Origin: Deltaproteobacteria bacterium
GTDB taxonomy: Bacteria > Desulfobacterota > Deferrimicrobia > Deferrimicrobiales > Deferrimicrobiaceae
DNA length: 64,000 nt
Assembly (NCBI GenBank): GCA_021815305.1
Contig: JAKAHC010000004.1
Span: forward strand, 1,343 to 65,342
Direction: 5' to 3'
Every line of letters starts with the position of its first letter. The stretch's first letter is position 1. The notes beneath the pieces are model-generated. The model worked only from the letters and a program-made list of their open reading frames with translations. It was not told where the DNA came from and searched no databases. Of the stretch, positions 1 through 8,253 are shown piece after piece. The position numbers and the translations under genes were made by a program.

Positions 1-441
1 TCGCCACTCGTCTGCCCGGGGCGAAAGGGGCACCTGGTGGATATCCGCATCGGGCTGAACGACGCCTGCGATCGGGCAGGCATCCATCGAATTCCGATTC
101 ACGGGCTGCGGCACACCTTTGGAAGCCAAATGGCGATGGCAGGTGCAAACCCCTTCGCCATTCAGAAGGCGATGGGTCACAAGGACATCAAGACCACGAT
201 GATCTACGTGGATATCGCCAAGCCCCACATCCAGGAGCAGATCGCCAAGCTCAACAAGATCGCGATCCCCCCGCCGCCGTGCGTACGAAGAGCAAATCTC
301 CGATTTCTTTCCGGGAAAGAGATCACGAAATCCCGCAACGCTAACTCCTCTCACCTACAGGAACGACGGCCAACGCCAAGATTTCCGTCAGTTGAGGTCC
401 GAGTTGCCTTTCTCCACTTCGTCGTCATAGACGTCTCGTGA
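1..441 (+). CDS. Tyrosine recombinase / phage-type integrase, C-terminal part (5' end lies outside the window)
   Basis: Frame-1 ORF runs from the window edge. It contains HGLRHTFGS and GHKDIKTTMIY, the His/Arg/Tyr catalytic region of tyrosine recombinases. tRNA-Leu lies 1.6 kb downstream. Confidence 0.8.
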   Translation, partial: SPLVCPGRKGHLVDIRIGLNDACDRAGIHRIPIHGLRHTFGSQMAMAGANPFAIQKAMGHKDIKTTMIYVDIAKPHIQEQIAKLNKIAIPPPPCVRRANLRFLSGKEITKSRNANSSHLQERRPTPRFPSVEVRVAFLHFVVIDVS

Positions 442-450
442 TCGCTCGGT

Positions 451-1278
451 TTGAAAAGAATGCCTGTTCCGGTTATATTTCTTCGCATGGCGAACCACGT
501 CACGCATATATATGTGGACGAGGCCGGGACGCACGACGACGCGCCATGGCTTGTAATCGGGATGCTTTTCGTCAAACAACACGGAAGACTTCACTCAAGT
601 CTGTTGAAGGTTCAGGAAGAGGAAAAGCATTTCAACGCTAAAGCTAACCGAGCTGCGAGGTATGCAGAATTCAGTCTGAAGAAGTGCCGTGGCCCTGGTA
701 AACGCGTAGAAGTGGGCAAGAGATTCGCGGAAGAATTCGTCAAGCACGATTGTTATTTTCGATCCTTTGTATTGGATTGGTCCATATGGGACAGCAGCAA
801 GTTCGGCAACCCATTTGAATCACAGGCATTAAAAAAACGCCGTGCATACAAGAAATGGTGCGAGTTATTACTTCATCACGAACGATTTAATTTATGTAAC
901 ACAGATTTGTATTTGGACGAGCTTAGAATCGTTAGAGAATATGACGTATTAGATGATCTTAAGATGAGATTTACGGATAATTATGCTGGAACTAGTCCGT
1001 GGATTAGAAGATTTATTCATGCCAAGTCTTGGCATGACGAGCAACAATGTCTGCAATTATGTGATCTACTAACCGGTGGAATATACCGAAGCTTGTGTAC
1101 AGAACGATCTACCGGCTCAAGTATAGTTGTGGAACATTTAGGATCGGTATTAGAGCAGTTTCCTACTGGAAAGAAGATTCGCCTTGGAGACCATAAATAC
1201 TGGAAGCAGTTCCACAAAAAGACTCTAACAAAGCATTTTCCGAAATTCAGCCAGTGGCATTGGTTGCCGTCTGACTGA
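451..1278 (+). CDS. DUF3800-like hypothetical protein (AT-rich island cargo)
   Basis: 275-aa ORF with N-terminal THIYVDEAGTHDD, which resembles the hIYxDESG start of DUF3800 proteins. The 3' two-thirds is visibly AT-rich (about 40% GC) against the roughly 68% GC background. It follows the integrase directly. Confidence 0.5.
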   Translation: MKRMPVPVIFLRMANHVTHIYVDEAGTHDDAPWLVIGMLFVKQHGRLHSSLLKVQEEEKHFNAKANRAARYAEFSLKKCRGPGKRVEVGKRFAEEFVKHDCYFRSFVLDWSIWDSSKFGNPFESQALKKRRAYKKWCELLLHHERFNLCNTDLYLDELRIVREYDVLDDLKMRFTDNYAGTSPWIRRFIHAKSWHDEQQCLQLCDLLTGGIYRSLCTERSTGSSIVVEHLGSVLEQFPTGKKIRLGDHKYWKQFHKKTLTKHFPKFSQWHWLPSD

Positions 1279-1291
1279 CGGCAAAAAAATC

Positions 1292-1319
1292 TTGACAGCG
1301 CGTTGTGATATCATATATT
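1292..1319 (+). promoter_or_regulatory. Sigma70-type promoter: TTGACA - 16 nt - TATATT
   Basis: Perfect -35 hexamer TTGACA at 1292-1297, a 16-nt spacer, and TATATT at 1314-1319. No convincing CDS follows. An intrinsic terminator lies about 100 nt downstream. Confidence 0.45.
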
Positions 1320-1325
1320 GCAAGC

Positions 1326-1446
1326 GTGAGGTAGGGACCTCGGTGTAGGATCGGGTGATAAACCTCGCTCCGTTGATACCGAGCATCACCTACCCCACGC
1401 GGAAGTTTGCAGCGCCCGCTCGAAGGAGTGGGCGCTGTTATTTTGT
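1326..1446 (+). ncRNA. Candidate small RNA (about 120 nt) between an orphan promoter and an intrinsic terminator
   Basis: Bounded by the promoter at 1292-1319 and the terminator at 1410-1448. It has internal complementarity (GGUAGGG..CCUACCCC and CUCGGUG..UACCGAG). The only overlapping ORF (1355-1723) has no protein-like features. Confidence 0.35.
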
Positions 1447-1448
1447 GT
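1410..1448 (+). terminator. Rho-independent terminator
   Basis: A 12-bp stem (CAGCGCCCGCTC / GAGTGGGCGCTG, one G-U pair) with a GAAG loop, followed by TTATTTTGTGTG. Confidence 0.6.
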
Positions 1449-1625
1449 GTGTGCCCCGCGCGACTTGGGATCAGCGCAATTTGCTCAAGTTGCTCAAGCA
1501 ACGAAATGTGATTCGCAATCCTGCTCCGACGAGGACGTTCCGCCTCGTTTGGCCCGATGAGCCGCCCGCGTTATTCGTCTCGCGATTCCATCCGGCACGG
1601 GTTTCCACCTCCGCCGACGCAGTAT

Positions 1626-1943
1626 TCAACGTGAGACGCGAATATCATGCTCCCCAACTCTCTCGGCGTAGCCTTCTTCGACGAGAATTGGCGCAACGTA
1701 AGAAGCGATGGCGGTTCGGGTGACATTTTCCTGGAGCCACGCACCAAGGCTTCCGGGAGGAGGATCGGTTTTCGAAGTGCCGGCGGGGACTACTCGATTT
1801 GCGAAATGGCGGCGAAGCGCTGCGTACTGGTCGGTTTCCACACGCACCTTCCAACCTTGTCCATAGGTTATGTCCGTCCCGGTATCGACGGACCCTTCAT
1901 ACCTGAATCTGCTCCTTCTTCCCCAAGTGGCCAAGGACGGCAT
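1626..1943 (-). CDS. Hypothetical protein (weak)
   Basis: 105-aa ORF with protein-like composition in the island remnant between the sRNA candidate and the tRNA. No motif recognised. Confidence 0.2.
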   Translation of the reverse strand: MPSLATWGRRSRFRYEGSVDTGTDITYGQGWKVRVETDQYAALRRHFANRVVPAGTSKTDPPPGSLGAWLQENVTRTAIASYVAPILVEEGYAERVGEHDIRVSR

Positions 1944-2066
1944 CCTTGCACCTCCGCAGCTTCCGACGTCGGCACCTGGTCGCGTTCAATTCTGACTTCC
2001 ACAAAACTTCCACATGACGAAAAAAGGGAAACCGGCATAGATCCGGATTCCCTTTGTTTATTGCGA

Positions 2067-2151
2067 TGGTGCCGAAGGCGGGATTTGAACCCGCACGGGT
2101 TTCCCCACCACCCCCTCAAGATGGCGTGTCTGCCAATTCCACCACTTCGGC
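2067..2151 (-). tRNA. tRNA-Leu (anticodon GAG), CCA encoded
   Basis: The reverse complement folds as a class II tRNA. Acceptor stem is GCCGAAG/CTTCGGC. The D-loop is GAATTGGCAGA. The anticodon stem CCATC/GGTGG carries loop TTGAGGG, with U33 and anticodon GAG. The long variable arm is GGGGAAACCC. The T-arm is GCGGG-TTCAAAT-CCCGC. The 3' end is ACCA. Confidence 0.85.
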
Positions 2152-2322
2152 GCACTTCAGGGAAAAACAATATTATCCAGCCACGCCTCGAAAATCAAGT
2201 TGGAGATTTCGGCCCATGTTTTCCTTTGCAAACCGCGGGCGGCATAGTAGTCTAGCGTGTCAGCGACGTTGTGAACTCACCCATGTAACCTCACCTGCAC
2301 AAACCATTTCCCGGGGGCGAGA

Positions 2323-4164
2323 ATGGCGGAAGAAGAACGGATCAGTCGTGGCGGCCTGTACAGGAATGCGGTCAGTTTCTTCGGTGCGCTCATCTCGTGC
2401 GGCAGCCTGCTGCTCATCGTCTTCGCCCTCGCCCTCGATTACAGTTTCAAGCGGCCCAGCCCCTACCTCGGCATCTTCACCTACATGGTGTTCCCGACGT
2501 TCTTCGCCGTGGGCGCGGCCGTCTTCCTGTACGGGATGCGGCGGGAGGGCATCCGGCGCCTCCGGTCGGGCAGCGATGTCGCGCTCCCCTACCCGCGCCT
2601 CGACCTGAACGACCCGATCCACCGCAAGCGGTTCACTTATGTCGCCTTCGGGGGAACGGCAGTAGCGATCCTGATGACCTTCGTGACGTACAACGCCTTC
2701 CTCTACACGGAATCCGTCTCCTTCTGCGGCACTCTGTGCCACACCGTGATGCAACCAGAATACACCGCCTACCTCGCCTCTCCCCATGCGCGGGTGGCCT
2801 GCGTGGATTGCCACGTGGGGCACGGCGCCGCATGGTACGTCAAGGCGAAGATCTCGGGGGTGCGGCAGGTGTTGGCGGTCGTTACGAATTCGTACCCGAC
2901 GCCGATCCCGCAACCCATCGAGAACCTCCGTCCCGCGAGGGAGACGTGCGAGGAGTGCCACTGGCCCGCGAAGTTCTTCGGCACCCAGCTGATGCAGATC
3001 CCCCACTTCCGCTACAACGAGGAGAACTCCGCGGAACAGATCAGCCTCGGGGTGAAGACGGGGGGCGGAAGCTCCTCGCTGGGCGGAACGGCCGGAATCC
3101 ACTGGCACATGATCATCAAGAACCGGGTCAGCTACACCGCCACCGACCGGCAGAAGCAGGAGATCCCGTATGTCGAAGTGCGCGACGCGAGCGGAAAACT
3201 GGAGAACGTCTACACGAGCCTCGACTACAAGGGCACCAAGGAGCAGCTCAAGACGCTCCGAATGGACCTGATGGATTGCATGGATTGCCACAACCGGCCC
3301 ACGCACATCTTTCCTCCGCCGGATTCCGCCGTGGACCGCGCCATGACGACGGGCCTCATCCAGCGCACGCTGCCGTGGGCGAAAAAGGTGGTCGTGGACG
3401 CCCTGGTCCGGGACTACCCCACCCGGGAGAAGGCGCGCGAGGGACTGAAGAAGGAGATCGAGGGGTTCTACCGCGAGAAATACCCCTCCATCTTCCAGTC
3501 CCGCAAGGCCGATGTGGACAACGCCGTGGAAACCGCGATCGGCATCTACGACCGCAGCGTCTTCCCCGACATGAAGGTGAACTGGAAGACGTACGCCACC
3601 AACATCGGGCACCGGAACTGGCCGGGATGTTTCCGCTGCCACGACGGCCGACACGTGTCGGAGAAGGGGAAGGTCCTGAGCATGGAGTGTACGGAGTGCC
3701 ACACCATGCCGAAGCGGGGGCCGCTCCTCCCCCTGGGGAGCGTCTCCACGGAGAGCAAGATGCCGTGGCACCCCATAACGCTCGTGGGGAAGCACGCCCG
3801 CATCCTCTGCAACCGCTGCCACTCGGCCGGGTATCGTCCGCCTTCCGAGTGCGCGGAGTGCCACAAGTTCGACACCTCCGCCCCGATGATGAAGATGGCT
3901 TGCACGGATTGCCACCAGAAGGTGGGCGAGGTGAAGCCCCTCACCTCGTGCAAGGAGTGCCACGGCACGTTGTACGGCCTGCACAGGAAGGGGGGACACC
4001 CCGATGCGGAGTGCAAGAATTGCCACAAGCCTCACACGTGGGCGGTCACCGGGCGGGACACGTGCCTGCAGTGCCACAGCGACATGAAGGAGCACAACGC
4101 GCCGAAGGCGTGCCCGGACTGCCACGACTTCCGCAAGGGGAAGGGAGGCAAGGGGGCGTCGTAG
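2323..4164 (+). CDS. Membrane-anchored multihaem c-type cytochrome (about 13 haem-binding motifs; ImcH / NapC-NirT-like architecture)
   Basis: 613 aa with three N-terminal hydrophobic helices. It has twelve CXXCH motifs (CVDCH, CEECH, CMDCH, CFRCH, CTECH, CNRCH, CAECH, CTDCH, CKECH, CKNCH, CLQCH, CPDCH) and one CX3CH (CGTLCH) just after the third helix. Confidence 0.85.
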   Translation: MAEEERISRGGLYRNAVSFFGALISCGSLLLIVFALALDYSFKRPSPYLGIFTYMVFPTFFAVGAAVFLYGMRREGIRRLRSGSDVALPYPRLDLNDPIHRKRFTYVAFGGTAVAILMTFVTYNAFLYTESVSFCGTLCHTVMQPEYTAYLASPHARVACVDCHVGHGAAWYVKAKISGVRQVLAVVTNSYPTPIPQPIENLRPARETCEECHWPAKFFGTQLMQIPHFRYNEENSAEQISLGVKTGGGSSSLGGTAGIHWHMIIKNRVSYTATDRQKQEIPYVEVRDASGKLENVYTSLDYKGTKEQLKTLRMDLMDCMDCHNRPTHIFPPPDSAVDRAMTTGLIQRTLPWAKKVVVDALVRDYPTREKAREGLKKEIEGFYREKYPSIFQSRKADVDNAVETAIGIYDRSVFPDMKVNWKTYATNIGHRNWPGCFRCHDGRHVSEKGKVLSMECTECHTMPKRGPLLPLGSVSTESKMPWHPITLVGKHARILCNRCHSAGYRPPSECAECHKFDTSAPMMKMACTDCHQKVGEVKPLTSCKECHGTLYGLHRKGGHPDAECKNCHKPHTWAVTGRDTCLQCHSDMKEHNAPKACPDCHDFRKGKGGKGAS

Positions 4165-4231
4165 GCGACCCTCCGGGTCGCGGCCGTCAGAGAGCCTCCT
4201 GTGCGCATCGCACGGGAAGCAGCATCGGCGG

Positions 4232-5470
4232 TCATTTCTTCGGGGGGCTTTCGGCGGGAAGCGCCCCGGGGACGATTCCCTTCGGCCCGAACTTTCCGCG
4301 GATCCGGTCCACGGTCCGGTTAAGCCTCTCCCTCTTTCCGGGATCCGCCGGCCGGATCGGGTCCTTCCTCTCGGGGAGCGGCCGCCCGAAAAGCGGCAAC
4401 TGCTCCATCCCGGCCGGCGGGAGTGCCGCGAGGCCGGCCGACAGCTTCGACACCGAAATCCCCAGAAGGCGGACGGGCCGCGGGCCCGCCTCGGTCTCCT
4501 CCAGGAGCACCACGGAGCACCGATAGATCGTACCGCCGTCGTCGGTCGGGTCCGCAAGCGTGGCCGCCCGGGTCGCCTGCGCGAAGTCGTGGTACTTCAC
4601 CTTCAACGTGATCGTGCGGCCTTTGACCCCGTGGCGGCGCAGCCGCGCGGACACCCGGTCGGCCAGCGAAAGCAGCTCCCGCCGCATCGCCCCCCGCTTC
4701 CGCAGGTCGTGCTCGTACGTTTCCTCGTGTCCGACCGACTTCGCCTCCTGCTCCGTCTCCACCGGGCGGTCGTCGATCCCGCGGGCCAGCCGGTACAGGT
4801 GCTCGCCGTGCGCCCCGTAGGATCGCGCCATCTCCTCCAGCGAGAGGCCGCGCAGTTCCCGGATCGTCAGGATCCCCCGCCGCCGGAGCGTCTCTTCCGT
4901 CACTTTTCCCACGCCCCACAGCTTCCCGGCGGGGAGAGGGTCGAGAAATCCCCGCTCGGCGCCGGGCGGCACGGCGATGAGCCCGTCGGGCTTCCCGAGG
5001 TCCGACGCGATCTTGGCGAGGAACTTGTTCGAAGCCACCCCCGCGGACACGATCAGCCCCGTCTCCTCCCGCACGGCCGCCTTGACCTTCCGGGCGGCTT
5101 CCTCCGCGGATCCGAAGAGCTTTTCACAGCCCGTCACGTCCAGGAACGCCTCGTCGATGGAGAGCGGCTCGACCAGGGGGGTGAAGCGGCGGTAGATCGC
5201 GAAGACCTTCTCGGACACCTCGCGGTACCGCGACATGCGGACGGGCAGGAAGACGCCCTGCGGGCAGAGCCTCCTCGCCGTCGCCGTCGGCATCGCGGCA
5301 CGGACCCCGAACCCGCGCGCCTCGTACGACGCGGCCGTGACGACCCCGCGCCTTTCGGAGCCGGCCACGATGACGGGCTTTCCGCGGAGCTCCGGCCGGT
5401 CCAGCACCTCCACGGACGCGTAGAAGGCATCCAGGTCGAGATGGAGGATGCTACGCCTCGCCTCGGTCAT
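4232..5470 (-). CDS. dinB: DNA polymerase IV (Y-family translesion polymerase)
   Basis: Starts MTEARRSILHLDLDAFYASVE and contains SIDEAFLDVTG. Palm, fingers and little-finger regions are present. Its ATG overlaps the lipA stop (ATGA). Confidence 0.85.
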   Translation of the reverse strand: MTEARRSILHLDLDAFYASVEVLDRPELRGKPVIVAGSERRGVVTAASYEARGFGVRAAMPTATARRLCPQGVFLPVRMSRYREVSEKVFAIYRRFTPLVEPLSIDEAFLDVTGCEKLFGSAEEAARKVKAAVREETGLIVSAGVASNKFLAKIASDLGKPDGLIAVPPGAERGFLDPLPAGKLWGVGKVTEETLRRRGILTIRELRGLSLEEMARSYGAHGEHLYRLARGIDDRPVETEQEAKSVGHEETYEHDLRKRGAMRRELLSLADRVSARLRRHGVKGRTITLKVKYHDFAQATRAATLADPTDDGGTIYRCSVVLLEETEAGPRPVRLLGISVSKLSAGLAALPPAGMEQLPLFGRPLPERKDPIRPADPGKRERLNRTVDRIRGKFGPKGIVPGALPAESPPKK

Positions 5471-6312
5471 CCGCCGGCCTTGTAGGAACTCCGCACCAGC
5501 GGCCCCGACAGGACCGTTTCGAAGCCGATTCTCCTCGCCTCGGCGGCAAGTGCGGCGAACCGTTCCGGGGTGACGTACCCGGCCAGCGGGAGGTGTTTCC
5601 GCGAAGGCGGAAGGTACTGCCCGACCGTGACCGACCGGCAACCCGCACCGAAAAGATCCCGGAAGACCGCGACCACCTCCTCTTCCTTCTCCCCGAAGCC
5701 GACCATGATCCCCGACTTGAGCGGGAGGGATGGCCGCATCTCCGCCGCGCGCCGCAACAGCTCCAGGGACCGCCCGTACTCGGCTCCCCGGCGGACGACC
5801 GGGTAGAGCCTGGGCACGGTCTCCACGTTGTGCGCAAGGATGTCGGGCGCGGCGTCGACCACCGTCCGCAACGCGCCTTCGTCCCCCCGGAAATCCGGGA
5901 CGAGCAGTTCGACCGCGGCCGAGGGCGCCTCGCGGCGCAACGCCCCGACGACCTGCGCGAAGTGGCCCGCCCCCCCGTCCTCGAGGTCGTCCCTCGTGAC
6001 GGAAGTCACGACCACGTGGCGCCACCCGAGCTCCGCCGCCGCCCGAGCCACCCGGTCCGGCTCGGTGGGATCCGGGGGGGCCGGCGTCCCCGCGGTCACG
6101 CTGCAGAAGGCGCACCCCCGCGTGCAAACTCCTCCCAAAAGGATCACCGTCGCGGTCCCTCCGCCCCAGCATTCCCCTACGTTTGGACACCGGGCCTCGC
6201 GGCATACCGTGCGCAGCCCGTGCCGGGCGAGCGCCGCCGACACCGCCTCCACCCGCTCGCCGTACGGCGCGCGGACCCTGATCCAGTCGGGACGCCTTGC
6301 GCCTTCGGTCAC
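5467..6312 (-). CDS. lipA: Lipoyl synthase
   Basis: Radical-SAM CTRGCAFC motif plus the auxiliary-cluster cysteines CPNVGEC. The GTG start overlaps the lipB stop (GTGA). Confidence 0.9.
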   Translation of the reverse strand: MTEGARRPDWIRVRAPYGERVEAVSAALARHGLRTVCREARCPNVGECWGGGTATVILLGGVCTRGCAFCSVTAGTPAPPDPTEPDRVARAAAELGWRHVVVTSVTRDDLEDGGAGHFAQVVGALRREAPSAAVELLVPDFRGDEGALRTVVDAAPDILAHNVETVPRLYPVVRRGAEYGRSLELLRRAAEMRPSLPLKSGIMVGFGEKEEEVVAVFRDLFGAGCRSVTVGQYLPPSRKHLPLAGYVTPERFAALAAEARRIGFETVLSGPLVRSSYKAGG

Positions 6313-6935
6313 GAGAACCCCTCCAGCAGCCTGCCGCACGAGCCGGCAACGGCATCGCGGACCTCCTCCATCGCGGGAGCGTTCCCCGTTACCTCCGCGA
6401 TGGAAGTGGCTTCCCTGCCGACCAGCCCGCACAGGTGGATGCGGCGGAAATAGGAAAGATCCGTCGAAACGTTCAGGGCGAACCCGTGATAGGTGACCCA
6501 CTTCCGGATTCCGACCCCGATGGAGGCGATCTTCCTGCCCCCCACCCAGACGCCGGTCAGCCCCTCGATGCGGGACCCGTGGATGCCGAACCCCTCGATC
6601 GCCTCGATCAGCGCGACTTCGATGGACCGGACGAACCGGTGCACGTCGGGCTTCTCCATCCGGAAGATGGGGTACCCGACCAGTTGCCCGGGACCGTGGT
6701 AGGTGATGTCGCCCCCCCTCCCCACATGCTCGACGCGGATTCCCTCCGCGGAGAGGGTTTCCCGGGGAACGAGCAGGTTCTCCTCGCTGCCGGACCGGCC
6801 GATGGTGTACACGTGCGGATGCGTCAGGAGCAGGAGGGCGTCGGGGACTTCGCCACTCGCGCGCTGCTCGATGCGGGACAGCTGCATCTCGAGTGCCCGG
6901 CGGTACTCGACCTCGCCCAGCCAGATCGTCTCCAT
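6309..6935 (-). CDS. lipB: Octanoyltransferase (lipoate-protein ligase B)
   Basis: METIWLGEVEYRRALEMQ..HPHVYTIGRSG..GGDITYHGPGQLVGYPI..KIASIGVGIRKWVTYHGFALNV are typical LipB motifs. The start was chosen at the internal Met in front of the conserved block. Confidence 0.85.
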   Translation of the reverse strand: METIWLGEVEYRRALEMQLSRIEQRASGEVPDALLLLTHPHVYTIGRSGSEENLLVPRETLSAEGIRVEHVGRGGDITYHGPGQLVGYPIFRMEKPDVHRFVRSIEVALIEAIEGFGIHGSRIEGLTGVWVGGRKIASIGVGIRKWVTYHGFALNVSTDLSYFRRIHLCGLVGREATSIAEVTGNAPAMEEVRDAVAGSCGRLLEGFS

Positions 6936-6951
6936 GGGTGGGCGGCCCCGC

Positions 6952-8226
6952 CTAGTCGAAGTCTCCCGCTTCGAGGATCTCCCGGACACGGAAAAGGAAA
7001 CCGTTGCCGGCCACCCCGTCGATGACGCGGTGGTCGTACGCCATGCACAGGAACATCATCGGGCGGATGACGATGGAGTCCTCCCCGTCGACCTCGGCCA
7101 CCACGGGGCGTTTGACGATCTGTCCCATCCGCAGGACGCCCACCTGCGGCTGGTTGATGATCGGGGTGCCGAAGAGGTTCCCCTTCGCTCCGGGGTTGGT
7201 GACGCTGAACGTCCCGCCGGCAAGGTCATCCGGAGAGATCTTCCCCGACTTCGCAAGGGCACCGAACTTTTCCACCTCGGCGGAAAGCTCCTGGAGGGAT
7301 TTCCTGTCCGCGTGGCGCAAAACCGGGACGAGCAGTCCTTTTTCCGTGTCCACCGCGACGGAGATGTGGATGTCCTTCTTCAGGATCGTGCTCTCCCCCG
7401 ATACGACGGCGTTGATCCCGGGAAATTCCCGCAGAGCCTTCGCCGCCGCGTAGATCACGTAGGGGAGGTAGGTCAGGGTCGTCCCCCGGCTCTTCATCTT
7501 CGTCCGGTGGGCGACCGCCCGGTGCATGTCCGCCTCGGCGAAGATGTGGACGTGGGGCGAGGTATGCTTGCTCGCCACCATGTGCTCGGCGATCCGTTTC
7601 CGGATGGGCGTCCACGGGATGGCCTGGTCCCCCTCCGCGGGCGCGGCCGGCGACATCTTCTCCGGCCGGGGAGGCGCGCCCTTCGGGGCGGCCGCACCGC
7701 CGCCGGCGACGTACGACTCGACGTCCTTGCGGGTCACGCGGCCGTCGATCCCGGTCCCCGGGATCCGGGAGAGGTCCAGCCCGTGCTCGGCGGCCATGCG
7801 CGCCACGACCGGGGTGATCCGCATCCGGCCGTTCGCCGGAAGGGGCGGGAGGGGCGGCGGCGCGGACGGCTCGATCCTCGGTGGCGCAGGAAGGGGCGGC
7901 TCCGTCTTGCGGGCCATGTGGCCTGGGACGCCTTCGGTTTCCTCGTCCCACTTGGGCGCCTCCTCGGGCGCCGAAACACCCGCCCCCTTGTCCGTATCGA
8001 TCTTCGCCACCACCGTCAGGATCGGCACCGTCTCCCCGGCCTTCGCCAGGATCCGGACCACCCGGCCCTCGACGGGCGACGGGATCTCCGCATCCACCTT
8101 GTCCGTGGAGATTTCCACGATGGGCTGGTCCTTGGCGACCAGGTCCCCCTCCGCGACCAGCCACTTCACCACGACTCCTTCCACCACGCTTTCCCCGAGC
8201 TGGGGCATGACGACGTCGACCAGCAT
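6952..8226 (-). CDS. Dihydrolipoamide acyltransferase (E2) of a 2-oxoacid dehydrogenase complex
   Basis: N-terminal lipoyl domain (VMPQLGESVVEG..ISTDKVDAEIPSP), a Pro/Ala-rich linker, a subunit-binding domain (RITPVVARMAAEHGLDLSRIPGTG) and a catalytic domain ending DHRVIDG. Confidence 0.85.
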   Translation of the reverse strand: MLVDVVMPQLGESVVEGVVVKWLVAEGDLVAKDQPIVEISTDKVDAEIPSPVEGRVVRILAKAGETVPILTVVAKIDTDKGAGVSAPEEAPKWDEETEGVPGHMARKTEPPLPAPPRIEPSAPPPLPPLPANGRMRITPVVARMAAEHGLDLSRIPGTGIDGRVTRKDVESYVAGGGAAAPKGAPPRPEKMSPAAPAEGDQAIPWTPIRKRIAEHMVASKHTSPHVHIFAEADMHRAVAHRTKMKSRGTTLTYLPYVIYAAAKALREFPGINAVVSGESTILKKDIHISVAVDTEKGLLVPVLRHADRKSLQELSAEVEKFGALAKSGKISPDDLAGGTFSVTNPGAKGNLFGTPIINQPQVGVLRMGQIVKRPVVAEVDGEDSIVIRPMMFLCMAYDHRVIDGVAGNGFLFRVREILEAGDFD

Positions 8227-8253
8227 GTATCGGTCCCCTTTCGTAGCGCCGTG

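Noticed and set aside
1355-1723. 122-aa ORF downstream of the orphan promoter
   Set aside because: It has no RBS, an Arg/Pro-rich composition, and runs through a strong intrinsic terminator. The region is more plausibly non-coding RNA.
2260-4557. 765-aa minus-strand ORF and 709-aa plus-strand ORF overlapping the cytochrome gene
   Set aside because: Arg/Gly/Pro-rich low-complexity translations are typical of off-frame reading in high-GC DNA. The overlapping frame with thirteen haem motifs is clearly the real gene.
4232-6355. 707-aa version of dinB with a 295-aa N-terminal extension
   Set aside because: The extension is Arg/Gly-rich and overlaps lipA in another frame. The conserved polymerase N-terminus starts at the internal Met that overlaps the lipA stop.
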